From Xanthobacteraceae bacterium (lineage in GTDB: Bacteria; Pseudomonadota; Alphaproteobacteria; Rhizobiales; Xanthobacteraceae): a stretch of 64,000 nucleotides of DNA. The DNA lies in NCBI GenBank assembly GCA_036555745.1, contig DATBKV010000138.1:14853-78852 (forward strand), given 5' to 3'. The notes below the pieces were generated by a model. It was not told the origin of the DNA. It worked only from the letters and a program-made list of their open reading frames with translations, and made no database searches. Positions 1 through 9,808 of the stretch are shown in pieces. Each line of letters begins with the position of its first letter. Position 1 is the stretch's first letter. Both the position numbers and the translations under genes were made by a program.

Positions 1-774
1 GGTCAGCGTGTCGTCGTCGAAGAAGAATTCCTTGACTTGCGGGAACGCCTGCTGCGCCCAGGCGAGCTCCTCGATCACGTGACCGACGCTGCGGGTGCGG
101 TAGTGATGGCCGCCGATTGTCTGCGGCCACAGGCAGAACGTGCAGCGCGACTTGCATCCGCGTCCGGTGTAGAAGGAGATGTAGGGATGCTTGAGATAGC
201 CGCCGAAGTAATTCTCGATCACCAGATCGCGCTTGTAGACCGGGGTGACGAACGGCAGCGCGTCCATGTCCTCGAGCACGGGCCGCTCTTCGTTGTGCAC
301 CACGATGCCGTCGCGATTACGCCAGGACAGGCCGGCGACGCGGCCGAGCTCGCGCCCTTCGGCCACCTCCTTGATGGTGAAGTCGAACTCGTTGCGCGCC
401 ACGAAATCGATGGCGGGGGAGGCCGCCAGCGCTGCGTCCGGTTCGACTGCGACCTTCGCGCCGATCATGCCGATCTGCAGGCTCGGCTTGAGCGCCTTGA
501 GCGCCTCGGCGGTCCGCACATCGGCGGAAAAAGATGGCGTCGAGGTGTGCATCACCACCAGCTCGCGGGTTGTCGCCTCGGGCGCGATGTCGTCGAAGCT
601 GAGCCGATGGGGCGGCGCGTCGATGAGCTTGGAGCCCTCGACCAGCGCGGCGGGCTGCGCGAGCCAGGTCGGGTACCAGAACGACTGAATCTCGCGGCGC
701 ATTTGGTAGCGCGCGCCCGCTCCGCCGTCGAAACCGTCGAACGATGGCGCCTGCAGGAAAAGCGTTCTCATCAT
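1..774 (-). CDS. hpnJ: Hopanoid-associated B12-binding radical SAM protein HpnJ (N-terminal ~258 aa; 3' part runs off the window)
   Basis: My own minus-strand translation from the ATG at 774 gives MMRTLFLQAPSFDGFDGGAGARYQ...HPYISFYTGRGCKSRCTFCLWPQT. This has a CxxxCxxC radical-SAM motif after a B12-binding-like N-domain. Its start overlaps the stop of the upstream hpnI. It is absent from the ORF track because there is no stop in the window. Confidence 0.8.
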   Translation of the reverse strand, partial: MMRTLFLQAPSFDGFDGGAGARYQMRREIQSFWYPTWLAQPAALVEGSKLIDAPPHRLSFDDIAPEATTRELVVMHTSTPSFSADVRTAEALKALKPSLQIGMIGAKVAVEPDAALAASPAIDFVARNEFDFTIKEVAEGRELGRVAGLSWRNRDGIVVHNEERPVLEDMDALPFVTPVYKRDLVIENYFGGYLKHPYISFYTGRGCKSRCTFCLWPQTIGGHHYRTRSVGHVIEELAWAQQAFPQVKEFFFDDDTLT

Positions 775-1937
775 GGTCGGTGTGATCCCCCCTCGACAAC
801 CCAAGTCCCGCCCGCACCCATGCGGAAGCGGTGGCCTTTCCAGCTTACGTCGCGCCCGAGAAAGCTCACAACGAATACCGCGAACGACAATAAGTCACGC
901 GCCGGAACAAGCCAATACCGCTGTGGCGGAAGCGCGAAGCTGCGCTGCACCTGCCACAACAGGGCCATGCGGCAGGCGATAGCCGCGGCTGCGACCGCGA
1001 TCGCGGGCAGCATGGCGGGCGAGGCCAGGCCCACGACGAGCGCAATCAGCGCCCACGGCAGCGGATGGGCGACAAGCGAGCCGGCGTAACCGGCCGCGTC
1101 GATGCTCCTGATCGTGCGCGCCCAGCGCAGCTCGTGCTGCCACAATTCTCGCAGCGACGACTGGGCGCACATGTGCGCGATCGCGAACGGCGGGATCGAA
1201 ACCGCGTAGCCGCGCGCGCGCACCGCTTGCCCGATGGCGTAGTCGTCGGCGAGGCATCCGACGAACGCGGTGAAGCCACCGATCTCCTCCAGCGTTTCGC
1301 GACGAAGCGCCAGCGTCGAGCCGAAGCAGGGACGGGCGAGGCCGAGCGCGCGGCCGACCACGACGCTCGGCAGGAAATGAGCGTTGATGGCGAGCGCAGA
1401 GAGGCGTGCCCAGAGGCCCGTCAATGGGGCGCCATAGTAGAGGCAGGTCACCGCGCCGGTCCGCGGCTCGGTCAGTGCCGCGACCACGCGCGCGAGATAG
1501 TCGGGGCCCACCCGCATGTCACTGTCGGAGAGGACGATGACCTCATGGCGGATGTGCGGGGCCATGTTGATGAGGTTTGAGACTTTGCGGTTCAAACCGT
1601 GCAGCGTGCTGTCGATCACGAGGTCGAGGTCGCATGCGGGTGCCAACTCACGCAGGCGCTCGACGATCGCGATGGCGGCATCGTCGGGATCCTGCACCCC
1701 GAACACAACCTGGATGCGGCCGGGATAGTCCTGCGTGCAGAACGAGGCGAGATTTTCAAAGAGCCCCGGCTCGCCGCCGTGCAGCGGCTTGAGGATGGTG
1801 ACCGCGGGCAGGCCTCCGGCGCGAGATCGAGTGTGATCACGCGCCGCGCGCGCCACCAGGATCGCGGCCGCCAGCAGGCATCCGCAGCCGACGGCGGCGA
1901 TCGCCGCCGCCGCAACCGACGACCAGAACGGGATCAT
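771..1937 (-). CDS. hpnI: Hopanoid-associated family-2 glycosyltransferase HpnI
   Basis: The internal Met (MIPFWSS...) of track ORF 771..2300 is followed by a TM helix. Then comes LPAVTILKPLHGGEPGLFENLASFCTQDYPGRIQVVFGVQDPDDAAI and DSDM, a ceramide-glucosyltransferase-like GT2 signature. The upstream 121 aa of the ORF are Arg-rich junk overlapping the next gene. Confidence 0.8.
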   Translation of the reverse strand: MIPFWSSVAAAAIAAVGCGCLLAAAILVARAARDHTRSRAGGLPAVTILKPLHGGEPGLFENLASFCTQDYPGRIQVVFGVQDPDDAAIAIVERLRELAPACDLDLVIDSTLHGLNRKVSNLINMAPHIRHEVIVLSDSDMRVGPDYLARVVAALTEPRTGAVTCLYYGAPLTGLWARLSALAINAHFLPSVVVGRALGLARPCFGSTLALRRETLEEIGGFTAFVGCLADDYAIGQAVRARGYAVSIPPFAIAHMCAQSSLRELWQHELRWARTIRSIDAAGYAGSLVAHPLPWALIALVVGLASPAMLPAIAVAAAAIACRMALLWQVQRSFALPPQRYWLVPARDLLSFAVFVVSFLGRDVSWKGHRFRMGAGGTWVVEGGSHRP

Positions 1938-1945
1938 GTCGCGGC

Positions 1946-2968
1946 TCAGGGATCGCGCGGACGGGGATTGACCGCCTCGCCCGAGCGGCGCGCGCGCGCG
2001 TAGCTGGGCACGAGCCGGGCCCATCCCAGCGCCTGCCAGCCGATCAGGCCAGGCACCCCGAGCACGAGATCGGCGGCGCGCTTGACCAGCGAAAGCGCGA
2101 GCGCCTGTTCCGGTGGAATGCCAAAGACGGCGCACAGCAGGATCAGGCCGCCTTCCTGCGCGCCGAGCGCGCTCGGGATGGCGAAAGCCGCGCCGCGAAT
2201 CGCGTGCAGGAGGCTTTCGATGACGAATGCCTGCGCGAGGCTGATCGGATGATCCATGAAGGCGAACACGATCAGCACCTCGCTGACGCCGAAAATCCAC
2301 CCGGCCATGTGCACCGCCGTGCTGGCGATGAGGTCGGTGCGCAGCGTGTAGATCGTGGTGAGGTTCTGATAGACGGCATCGATCGTGCCGAGCACCCGCC
2401 AGTTGCTGTCACCGGCGACACGGCGGATCGCGGCGGCAAGCAGGCGCTGGCCGCCGCGGCGTTGCGCCCAGTAGAAGCCTGCGAGCAGGAATCCCGCGAC
2501 CGCAAGTCCGATCGCGGCGACCTTGGCGAGCGTGGCGTCCGCCCCGAGCGCGATGAGCACGAACAGGCCGGCGATCGCGAACAGGAACTGCGTCGCCGCC
2601 TGCAGCAGGACGTCGACGATGACGCTGGCTGCCGCGAGCGCCGCCGGAACGGCGTAAAGCGTCAGCAGTCCGGCACCGATGAGATCGCCGCCGATCTGCG
2701 CCAGCGGCAACAGGACGTTGGTCGCCTCCCGGATGAAACGCAGCAGAACGCACGTTCCCAGCTGCGGCCGCGTGTCTTGGGGAAACAGCAGCCACCAGCC
2801 CACCCCGGCGAGCGAGACCGTGACCGCGCGCACCATCACCACCAGGAGAATCCCCCATCCGACGCTGGCGACCGCATGGCCGACTGCGTCGAGCCCGGAC
2901 CAGAGGGTGACGGCGCTCAGGGCGGCAATCCCGGCCAACCAGGCGATCAAACCGGCTTGCGTGATCAT
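1946..2968 (-). CDS. Polytopic membrane protein of the UPF0104/lysyl-PG-synthase-TM superfamily, HpnL-like
   Basis: 340 aa with about 8 hydrophobic helices. It lies immediately upstream of hpnI-hpnJ on the same strand. The HpnL assignment rests on context and recalled family description only. Confidence 0.65.
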   Translation of the reverse strand: MITQAGLIAWLAGIAALSAVTLWSGLDAVGHAVASVGWGILLVVMVRAVTVSLAGVGWWLLFPQDTRPQLGTCVLLRFIREATNVLLPLAQIGGDLIGAGLLTLYAVPAALAAASVIVDVLLQAATQFLFAIAGLFVLIALGADATLAKVAAIGLAVAGFLLAGFYWAQRRGGQRLLAAAIRRVAGDSNWRVLGTIDAVYQNLTTIYTLRTDLIASTAVHMAGWIFGVSEVLIVFAFMDHPISLAQAFVIESLLHAIRGAAFAIPSALGAQEGGLILLCAVFGIPPEQALALSLVKRAADLVLGVPGLIGWQALGWARLVPSYARARRSGEAVNPRPRDP

Positions 2969-3065
2969 TAGGCGATCCCTGACTTGTCGACGCGACCAGA
3001 TGCCGGTTGCCGCATGCGAGGACGAGATGATTCGGCTGCGCCGGTTGACGGCGCGCCCTTGCCGA

Positions 3066-3902
3066 TCACCAGGGCGATCGGATGTCGAAGGACGTGGTCG
3101 CCCCGAATCCGATCGTTACCTGGTCGGCGGTGCCGCGCTGCGTGACCAGCGGCGAAGCGGCAGCATCGCCCGTGAGCCGCTCGTATTCGAGGAACGCGTG
3201 GGTCGCGAACTGCGGGGTCCAGAAATAACGCGCCTGCGCCCCGGCTCCGTACGACTGCACGCCGCCTCTGGCATCGAACAGCGGGAGTCCGGAAGCCGAC
3301 GACTGTGCCGCATTTATGCTGAAGTACGGCGAGTTTGCGGCTCCGCTCGCAAGCGTAACGCGCGGGCCCGCGGATAGGGTCCATTGCGTCCCGACCGGGA
3401 TGACCGCGTCGACGAACAAGTCCGAGACCACGCCGTGGTGACCGCCGAAACCTTGACGTACCTCGGCTCGGGTTCGCAACCATGGAACCGCCCAATATTC
3501 GGCGAAGACGCCGAGCTCGAGCGCCCAGGAAATGTCGCCGAGACCCTGCAAGGCCGGCGGGTCGAACTTGGTGAGGCGCGGGCCGCGCAGCTGACCCACC
3601 GGGCCGACCTGGAACGTGTTGTCGCCGAACAGGCCGATGCTGACGCCGTCGCGCGGGCCGCGGAACGGCTCCGGCGCGCCGTAGCGGCGCACGGCAAAAA
3701 TAGGATAGGGCCAGATGACGTCGCGTTTTGATCCCAGGAAGACCGGCTCGACCCGACCTTCCGCCCCCACGGTGACGGTCCAGTCCGGCGGGGGCGCCGG
3801 TGTCGGTATTTGATTGCCGCGCGGGATAGAATCAGCGAGCGCTGCCACGGGAAGCAGCAGCGCCGCCACAAAGCCCGCAATCGCGGCGCGCCGACCCTGC
3901 AT
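3066..3902 (-). CDS. mipA: MipA/OmpV family outer-membrane protein
   Basis: Sec signal MQGRRAAIAGFVAALLLPVAALA. Alternating beta-strand pattern with an aromatic C-terminus ...FGATTSFDIRSPW. Confidence 0.75.
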   Translation of the reverse strand: MQGRRAAIAGFVAALLLPVAALADSIPRGNQIPTPAPPPDWTVTVGAEGRVEPVFLGSKRDVIWPYPIFAVRRYGAPEPFRGPRDGVSIGLFGDNTFQVGPVGQLRGPRLTKFDPPALQGLGDISWALELGVFAEYWAVPWLRTRAEVRQGFGGHHGVVSDLFVDAVIPVGTQWTLSAGPRVTLASGAANSPYFSINAAQSSASGLPLFDARGGVQSYGAGAQARYFWTPQFATHAFLEYERLTGDAAASPLVTQRGTADQVTIGFGATTSFDIRSPW

Positions 3903-4138
3903 CCGCCCCCTCGTTCCACTGCCGGCGAGGGATAATTATCGACCGGCAATATTCAGCCATCGTTAACATGGAGGAGCCGCCGCGCACAATCTTGACCGGC
4001 CGCCCAGCGGCAATAGCCCGGCGTTTCCGGCGGCCCTGTGGCGCGCTTTCAACACGAACGAAAGTCTATGCGGCATCAATTAGTTGAGCCGAATCCGCGG
4101 TCGGGGCCGGTGTCGGCCGCGCGGCCCGCGGCGCTATG

Positions 4139-6583
4139 TCATGGCAGCGCCTTGAGGTGTCGGATCGGTCGGCCGGGGGTGAGCGCCGCCGCCGCCGCGA
4201 CGATGGCATTGGCGTCGATGCCGTAGTGCCGGTAGAGCTGCGGGATCGAGCCGGTCTGGCCGAAATGCTCCACTCCCAAGGGCCGCACCCGATGGCCGCG
4301 GACGGCGCCGAGCCAAGCGAGCGTCGCGGGATGGCCGTCGAGCACCGACACAATGCCGCAGTGGGTGGGCACATCGGCGATGAGCTTCTCGATATGGGAG
4401 CGCGCGTGCACGAGGCCGCGCTCGCGCGCGCGTTGCGCGGCGGTCCAGCCGGCATTGAGCCGGTCGGCCGAGGTGACGGCGAGCAGGCCGACGTCGCGCC
4501 GGTCTTCGGCCATCAGCCCTACCGCCTGGATCGCCTCCGGCGCGACCGCGCCGGTGAAGGCCACCATCACTTGGCAGTTCGGTCCGGGCCGGCGCAGCCA
4601 ATAGGCGCCATCGACGATGGCTTGGCGCAGCTCCTCGGTCATCGTGCGCCTGATCTGCTCGATCGGGCGCGTCGAAAGTCGCAGATAGACCGAGCCGCCG
4701 GTCTCCTCGCGCAGCCAGTTGCGCTCGGAAGCGCCGCCCTCGCCGTCGCGCTGGATGTAGTCGAAGGCGAAGGCGAGGATCGCCGCGAGCTCGTCGACGA
4801 AGGCGGGCTCGAAAGCCGCGAGACCGTCTTGCGCAAGCCCGATGAGCGGCGTGGCGATCGACTGGTGCGCGCCGCCTTCCGGCGCGAGCGTGATGCCCGA
4901 GGGGGTCGCGGCCAGGATGAAGCGTGCATCCTGGTAACAGGCGTAGTTGAGCGCATCGAGGCCGCGCTGAATGAACGGATCGTAGAGCGTGCCGATCGGG
5001 ATCAGCCGCTCGCCGCTGATGGCATGCGAGAGTCCGAGCGCCGACAACAGGATGAACAGATTCATCTCGGCGATGCCGAGCTCGATATGCTGGCCCTTGG
5101 GCGAGAAGTCCCAATTGAACGTGGAGGGAATGCGCTCGCTCTTGAAGGTATCGGCCATCCGCTCGCGCGCGAATAAGCCGCGGCGATTGACCCACGGACC
5201 GAGATTGGTCGAGACGGTGACATCGGGCGAGGTGGTCACGATGCGCGCCGCGATCTCGCTCCTGCCGCGGCCGAGCTCGTTCAGCAGCGCGCCGAAACCC
5301 GCTTGCGTCGACATCACCGGTTGGATGCTCACGGGCAATTCCGCCGGCACATCGATTCGCGGAGCGCGCTCGCGGCGCGAACCCTGGACGAACGGAACGC
5401 GATCGAGAAAGCGCTGCAGCTCGGCCGGCGGGATGCGCAATCCTTCAAACTTGTCCCATTCCTGTCCCGGTCGGACATTCATCGCGGCGCGCAGCGCCTC
5501 GGTCTGCGCCGGCGTCATCAGCCCGGCATGATTGTCCTTGTGGCCGGCGAAGGGCAGCCCGAAGCCCTTGATGGTGTAGCAGATGAAGCAGATCGGCCGG
5601 TCATGGTCGACCTTGCCGAAGGCTTGCAGCAGCGCCGGCAGGTCGTGACCGGCCAGATTGGTCATGAGACGGGCGAGCTCGTCGTCCGAGCGCGCCGCGA
5701 TCAGTTGCGCGATCGGACCATCATCGCCGAGCTCATCGAGCAGCCGACGGCGCCAGGCGGCGCCGCCTTGGAACACGAGCGCGGAGTAGAGCTGGTTCGG
5801 GCAATTGTCGATCCAGTCGCGCAGGCGCTCGCCCCCTGGCTCCTCGAACGCCTGTTGCAGCAGCGAGCCGTATTTCAGGATCACCACGTGCCAGCCGAAG
5901 GCCTTGAACAGCGTTTCGTAGCGCGCCCATAGGCCCTCGCGGATCACGGCGTCGAGGCTCTGGCGGTTGTAGTCGATGATCCACCAGCAATTGCGCAGCC
6001 CCTGCTTCCAGCCCTCCAGGATCGCCTCGAAGATGTTGCCCTCGTCGAGCTCGGCGTCGCCGACCAGCGCGATCATGCGTCCCTCGGGCCGCGCCAGCCC
6101 CCAGCCGTGGGCGCGCACGTAGTCCTGCACCAGCGACGAGAATAAAGTCTGCGCCACGCCCAGTCCGACCGAACCGGTGGAGAAATCGACGTCGCCGCCG
6201 TCCTTGGTGCGGGAAGGATAGCTCTGCGCGCCCTGGTAGCCGCGAAAGTCCTCAAGCTTCTGCCGGCTCTGGCGGCCGAGGAGATACTGGATGGCGTGAT
6301 AGATCGGGCTGGCATGCGGCTTCACCGCGACCCGGTCCTGTGGCCGCAGCGCGCGGAAATAGAGCGCCGTCATGATGGTGGCGAGCGAAGCCGAAGAGGC
6401 TTGATGGCCGCCGACCTTCAGGCCGTCGGCGCTGTCGCGCAGGTGATTGGCATGGTGGATGGTCCAGCTTGCCAGCCACAGCACCTTGCGCTCGAGCTCG
6501 CCGAGGATGCGAAGCTCGTCCGCGCTGGGGCTATCGTGCTCGCTCATGGCGTCACCTGCAGCCGTCCCGGGAACAGAGGGCAC
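4139..6583 (-). CDS. Homodimeric-type pyruvate dehydrogenase E1 (AceE)-like / transketolase-like ThDP enzyme
   Basis: 814 aa with WTIHHANH...GGHQASSASLATIM and GSVGLG...GDAELDEGN, a ThDP-binding GDG..N motif. An alternative start MSEHDS lies at 6547. No E2 or E3 gene is nearby. Confidence 0.8.
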   Translation of the reverse strand: MPSVPGTAAGDAMSEHDSPSADELRILGELERKVLWLASWTIHHANHLRDSADGLKVGGHQASSASLATIMTALYFRALRPQDRVAVKPHASPIYHAIQYLLGRQSRQKLEDFRGYQGAQSYPSRTKDGGDVDFSTGSVGLGVAQTLFSSLVQDYVRAHGWGLARPEGRMIALVGDAELDEGNIFEAILEGWKQGLRNCWWIIDYNRQSLDAVIREGLWARYETLFKAFGWHVVILKYGSLLQQAFEEPGGERLRDWIDNCPNQLYSALVFQGGAAWRRRLLDELGDDGPIAQLIAARSDDELARLMTNLAGHDLPALLQAFGKVDHDRPICFICYTIKGFGLPFAGHKDNHAGLMTPAQTEALRAAMNVRPGQEWDKFEGLRIPPAELQRFLDRVPFVQGSRRERAPRIDVPAELPVSIQPVMSTQAGFGALLNELGRGRSEIAARIVTTSPDVTVSTNLGPWVNRRGLFARERMADTFKSERIPSTFNWDFSPKGQHIELGIAEMNLFILLSALGLSHAISGERLIPIGTLYDPFIQRGLDALNYACYQDARFILAATPSGITLAPEGGAHQSIATPLIGLAQDGLAAFEPAFVDELAAILAFAFDYIQRDGEGGASERNWLREETGGSVYLRLSTRPIEQIRRTMTEELRQAIVDGAYWLRRPGPNCQVMVAFTGAVAPEAIQAVGLMAEDRRDVGLLAVTSADRLNAGWTAAQRARERGLVHARSHIEKLIADVPTHCGIVSVLDGHPATLAWLGAVRGHRVRPLGVEHFGQTGSIPQLYRHYGIDANAIVAAAAALTPGRPIRHLKALP

Positions 6584-6735
6584 TGCCGCGGCCCCGACGG
6601 CACCGGACCTGCGCGCCGACGGGGGCCGAAGCCTTGTCCTCGCACCGGCCTACGCCGATCGAGTGCGGGCCGGGGCTATCGAATCCGTCATCCGCCGATC
6701 ACATAGCGTGCCGCGGCGCGGGAGCGCCAGCAATC

Positions 6736-7704
6736 TCACGGCGCCAAAAGCACCTGGCGACAAGCGGCGGGCAGGTCCTTCATGCGCGGTCCGGGCCGCG
6801 GCGTCGGTGGCACTGGCGAGGGCCTCGGGTGCAGGATGGCGTCGGTGAACCAATGGTCGAGCTCCTTGCCGCAGCCTTCGTCCGGCGGCCGCGGGGGTTG
6901 CGGCTTGCAGTCCGGACTGTCGGCGGGACAGTTCAGCCGAACGTGGAAGTGAAAGTCGTGCCCCCACCACGGCTGCACCTTGTGAAGCCAGCTCCGGTCG
7001 CCGCCGGCGTCGCGACACAGGGCCTTCTTGATCGCCGCGTTCACGAATATGCGGTTCACCTGCGGATCCTCAGCCGCGGCCTTGATCAGGTTTACGTGCG
7101 CCCGGGTCCAGACCTGCTGGTCGACGTCGAGCCGATCCTCGCGCACGATCACGGTTGCCGACATGTCCTCGCGCTCCTCGCGCGTCAGCTCGCGCTTGGG
7201 CATGGGGGTGAGCCAGATATCGGCGTCGAGACCGACCTGATGGCTGGCATGGCCGGTCAGCATCGGGCCGCCGCGGGGTTGCGACATGTCGCCGACCAGA
7301 AGCCCGGGCCAGCCGGTCTTGGGCGCCAGGCTCGCGAGCCGTTCGAGGAACCGCACCAGCTTGGGATGGCCCCAATTGCGATTGCGCGATAGCCGCATCA
7401 CTTGCCAGGTCGCGCCGTTGACGGGCAGCGCTACGCCGCCGGCCAGACAGCCCTTGGAATAGAAGCCGATGGTACGCAGCGGCATGTGGGCGGGCTCGCT
7501 CTTGCGGCCGAACAATTCCTTGGCCGGCGTCGCGGGATCGTCGGGATGCGCCAGCGGCGGCAATGGCTGCGGATTGAGGGTGCCCCTGTCCTGCGCCCTC
7601 GCGCTCTGCGGGACGAAACATGCCGCCGCCAGCAGCCATAGGGCAGCACAGCAGCCAAGATTGCGCCGCGCCGCGCCCGGCGCCGTCATCGTCGTCATCA
7701 TCAT
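6736..7704 (-). CDS. mepA: Penicillin-insensitive murein endopeptidase
   Basis: Signal peptide, then GFYSKGCLAGG...WQVMRLSRNRNWGHP...GDMSQPRGGPMLTGHASHQVGLDADIW...WGHDFHFHVRL. The start is taken at MMMTTMT; the ORF is open to 7797. Confidence 0.8.
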   Translation of the reverse strand: MMMTTMTAPGAARRNLGCCAALWLLAAACFVPQSARAQDRGTLNPQPLPPLAHPDDPATPAKELFGRKSEPAHMPLRTIGFYSKGCLAGGVALPVNGATWQVMRLSRNRNWGHPKLVRFLERLASLAPKTGWPGLLVGDMSQPRGGPMLTGHASHQVGLDADIWLTPMPKRELTREEREDMSATVIVREDRLDVDQQVWTRAHVNLIKAAAEDPQVNRIFVNAAIKKALCRDAGGDRSWLHKVQPWWGHDFHFHVRLNCPADSPDCKPQPPRPPDEGCGKELDHWFTDAILHPRPSPVPPTPRPGPRMKDLPAACRQVLLAP

Positions 7705-7869
7705 GCTTGGGCACCCGATTGCCGAGTTGCGCCGCCCCTTGCCCCAAGGGTCGCGCCGGCCGGATCCGGCAGCAGCCCGCGTGGCTGGCGAGCACATTAA
7801 GGTGATGGAAGGGCGAGAATGCGGCCGCGCGATTCGTGGCCGGATGGCGAGCGTTCCGTTGCGGTCGGC

Positions 7870-8471
7870 TCACGCCTTGAGCCGTGCTGCGACCGCACGC
7901 GCTCGACGGCTGTAGGCCTCGGCCAGGCGAGCGGCGCGGTCGCCGAACAGGTCTCCTTCGGGGCCCACGAGCGCGAGCAGCCGTTCTTCGGTCGCCGCGT
8001 GCGGCTCGATCGTGCCGTCGGCGCGGATATGACCAAGCGCAATCCCCCCTCGGCCAGCGCGCGTCCGACCAAGAGACAGCGGTGGCAGTCCAGCGGCTCG
8101 CGCTCGGCGCAAAGCAGGCACACGCGATGGCGGCCGATCGCCGCGGTCAGGCGCTCGAGCGCTGCGCGAAAGCCCAGCGTCGCAGCCATCGCTTCGTAGT
8201 CGGCAACGCCGTCACGATAGAGTTGGCGCTTCTGCGGCCGCCCGCCCAGCGCATCGCCGAAGGCGAGATAGCCCATCCGCTCGGACGCGAGGCGTTCTGT
8301 TAGGGGCTTGCGCGAAAACCACGGGCACCAGCGCGAGAACGGGAGCGAGCGCACATCGGCGATTGCGCTCACGCCGGCTTGCTGGAGCAGCGCGATGAAG
8401 CGGTCGGCGGCCAGGTTGGAGTGGCCGATGGTCAGGACGTCGCAGAGCGGGGCGGAAGTATCGGAAGTCAT
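7870..8471 (-). pseudogene. DUF488 family gene interrupted by a frameshift at a C6/G6 homopolymer (8044-8049)
   Basis: The N-terminal 140 aa (MTSDTS..TIGHSN...CAEREPLDCHRCLLVGRALAEGG) read in one frame. The expected C-terminus (GIALGHIRADGTIEPH...AARLKA*) continues in track ORF 7870..8121 in another frame. The junction falls exactly at GAGGGGGGATT. One extra G restores a ~200-aa protein. Confidence 0.7.
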
Positions 8472-8661
8472 GCAAGGACGAATCGTGGCAGGCGAGGGCG
8501 CCCTGTGACCCAGCAGCTTTGCCATGGCAACGAGCAAAACGGCAACTGCGGCGAATCAATATCGGCGGGAACGGCCGGGATGACAGCGGGCCCGCGCCAT
8601 AGACGCGGCCTGATCGAGAGCGATATCGTCGGTCGCGGCGACGCTGCAGGGAGGATACGAC

Positions 8662-9222
8662 ATGAGCCGGTACCGCTATTGCGGGTGCGAGTGCTCCGCC
8701 GCGGGGCTGAGCCGGCGCGCCTTGGTCGCCGGACTGGCTTGCGCCGCGATTCTGCCGGCGGCTGCCGTCGCGCGCGCGCCGGATGCGGCTTCCGACCAGG
8801 ACGTGCGCTTCATGCGCATGGCGCTCGAGGAGGCACGCCACGGCGATTTTCCGTTCGGAGCCGTGATCGTGCGTGACGGGTCGGTCATCGCGCGCGGGCG
8901 CAACCTTGACCGCGTCAGCGGCGACCCCACTGACCACGCCGAAATGGTCGCGATCCGGCGCTGCCTTGCTGCGCACGGCAGCGCCGCGCTGCGCGGCAGC
9001 ACGCTCTACACGTCGGGCGAATCCTGCGCAATGTGCATGGGCGCCATCATCTGGTGCGGACTCGGACGCGTCGTATTCGCGGCCTCGATCGCCCAGCTCG
9101 CCACCAAGATCGATCAGATCATGATTACCGACGCCGAGATTGCGGCGAAGGCCGCCTTCGCGCCGGTCGCGATCACCGGCGGCGTGCTGGCCGACGAGGC
9201 GATGGCGCTGTTCGCAAAGTAG
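8662..9222 (+). CDS. CMP/dCMP-type zinc deaminase (TadA/guanine-deaminase-like nucleoside deaminase) with a twin-arginine signal
   Basis: HAEMVAI and SGESCAMCMGAI form the H(A)E...PC..C zinc motif. The N-terminus LSRRALVAGLACAAILPAAAVARA looks like a Tat signal. An RBS GGGAGGA precedes the ATG. Confidence 0.8.
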   Translation: MSRYRYCGCECSAAGLSRRALVAGLACAAILPAAAVARAPDAASDQDVRFMRMALEEARHGDFPFGAVIVRDGSVIARGRNLDRVSGDPTDHAEMVAIRRCLAAHGSAALRGSTLYTSGESCAMCMGAIIWCGLGRVVFAASIAQLATKIDQIMITDAEIAAKAAFAPVAITGGVLADEAMALFAK

Positions 9223-9274
9223 TGCACGCCCGCTCGCGTCAGATGGCAATGCTAGCGAACGATCGGAAGATCCC

Positions 9275-9787
9275 ATGATCGCCATTCGCGCGTCCAAGGT
9301 GGCAACCGTCGCGGCGATCGCGCTGTTTGCAAGCCTTGTCGCCTTCGGAAACCTGACCGACTACGACACCAATTTCGTGTTCGTTCAGCACGTGATGTCG
9401 ATGGATACGATCTTTCCCTTTTCTCACATCAAGTACCGGGCGATCACCGACCCGGCGCTGCAACAGGCGGCCTACGCTCTCATCATTGCGACCGAGGCGA
9501 TCACCGCGGCATTGTGCTGGCTGGGAGCCGTGCTGCTTGCCCGCCGCCTCACCGCCGATGCGTCCGCCTTCAACCGGGCCAAGACCTGGGCGGTGGTCGG
9601 CCTGACGGTCGGCTTTCTGCTGTGGCAGGTCGGTTTCATGACCATCGGCGAAGAATGGTTCGGGATGTGGCAGTCGCAGCAATGGAACGGCGTGCCGAGC
9701 GCGTTCCGCTTCATGATGAGTACCATGACGGTGCTGATCTTCGTGGCGATCCCGGACCAGGAGCTAAGGCAACGCGGGGTGGCGTGA
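9275..9787 (+). CDS. DUF2165 family small integral membrane protein
   Basis: MIAIRASKVATVAAIALFASLVAFGNLTDYDTNFVFVQHVMSMDT... with 4 predicted helices. The start is an internal Met of track ORF 9140..9787. Confidence 0.6.
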   Translation: MIAIRASKVATVAAIALFASLVAFGNLTDYDTNFVFVQHVMSMDTIFPFSHIKYRAITDPALQQAAYALIIATEAITAALCWLGAVLLARRLTADASAFNRAKTWAVVGLTVGFLLWQVGFMTIGEEWFGMWQSQQWNGVPSAFRFMMSTMTVLIFVAIPDQELRQRGVA

Positions 9788-9808
9788 TCCGAGGCAGTCG
9801 GGCGCGCC

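Noticed and set aside
37-1089. 350-aa plus-strand ORF at the window start
   Set aside because: It is antisense to hpnJ/hpnI. The minus-strand translation shows the radical-SAM CxxxCxxC motif and B12-domain features.
1938-2300. N-terminal 121-aa extension of the hpnI ORF (track start at 2300)
   Set aside because: The extension is Arg-rich and overlaps the 3' end of the upstream membrane-protein gene. The internal Met at 1937 precedes the expected TM helix and leaves an 8-nt gap to the upstream stop.
8212-9297. 361-aa minus-strand ORF
   Set aside because: It is antisense to the zinc deaminase gene and overlaps the DUF488 5' end. Composition is low-complexity and Arg-rich.
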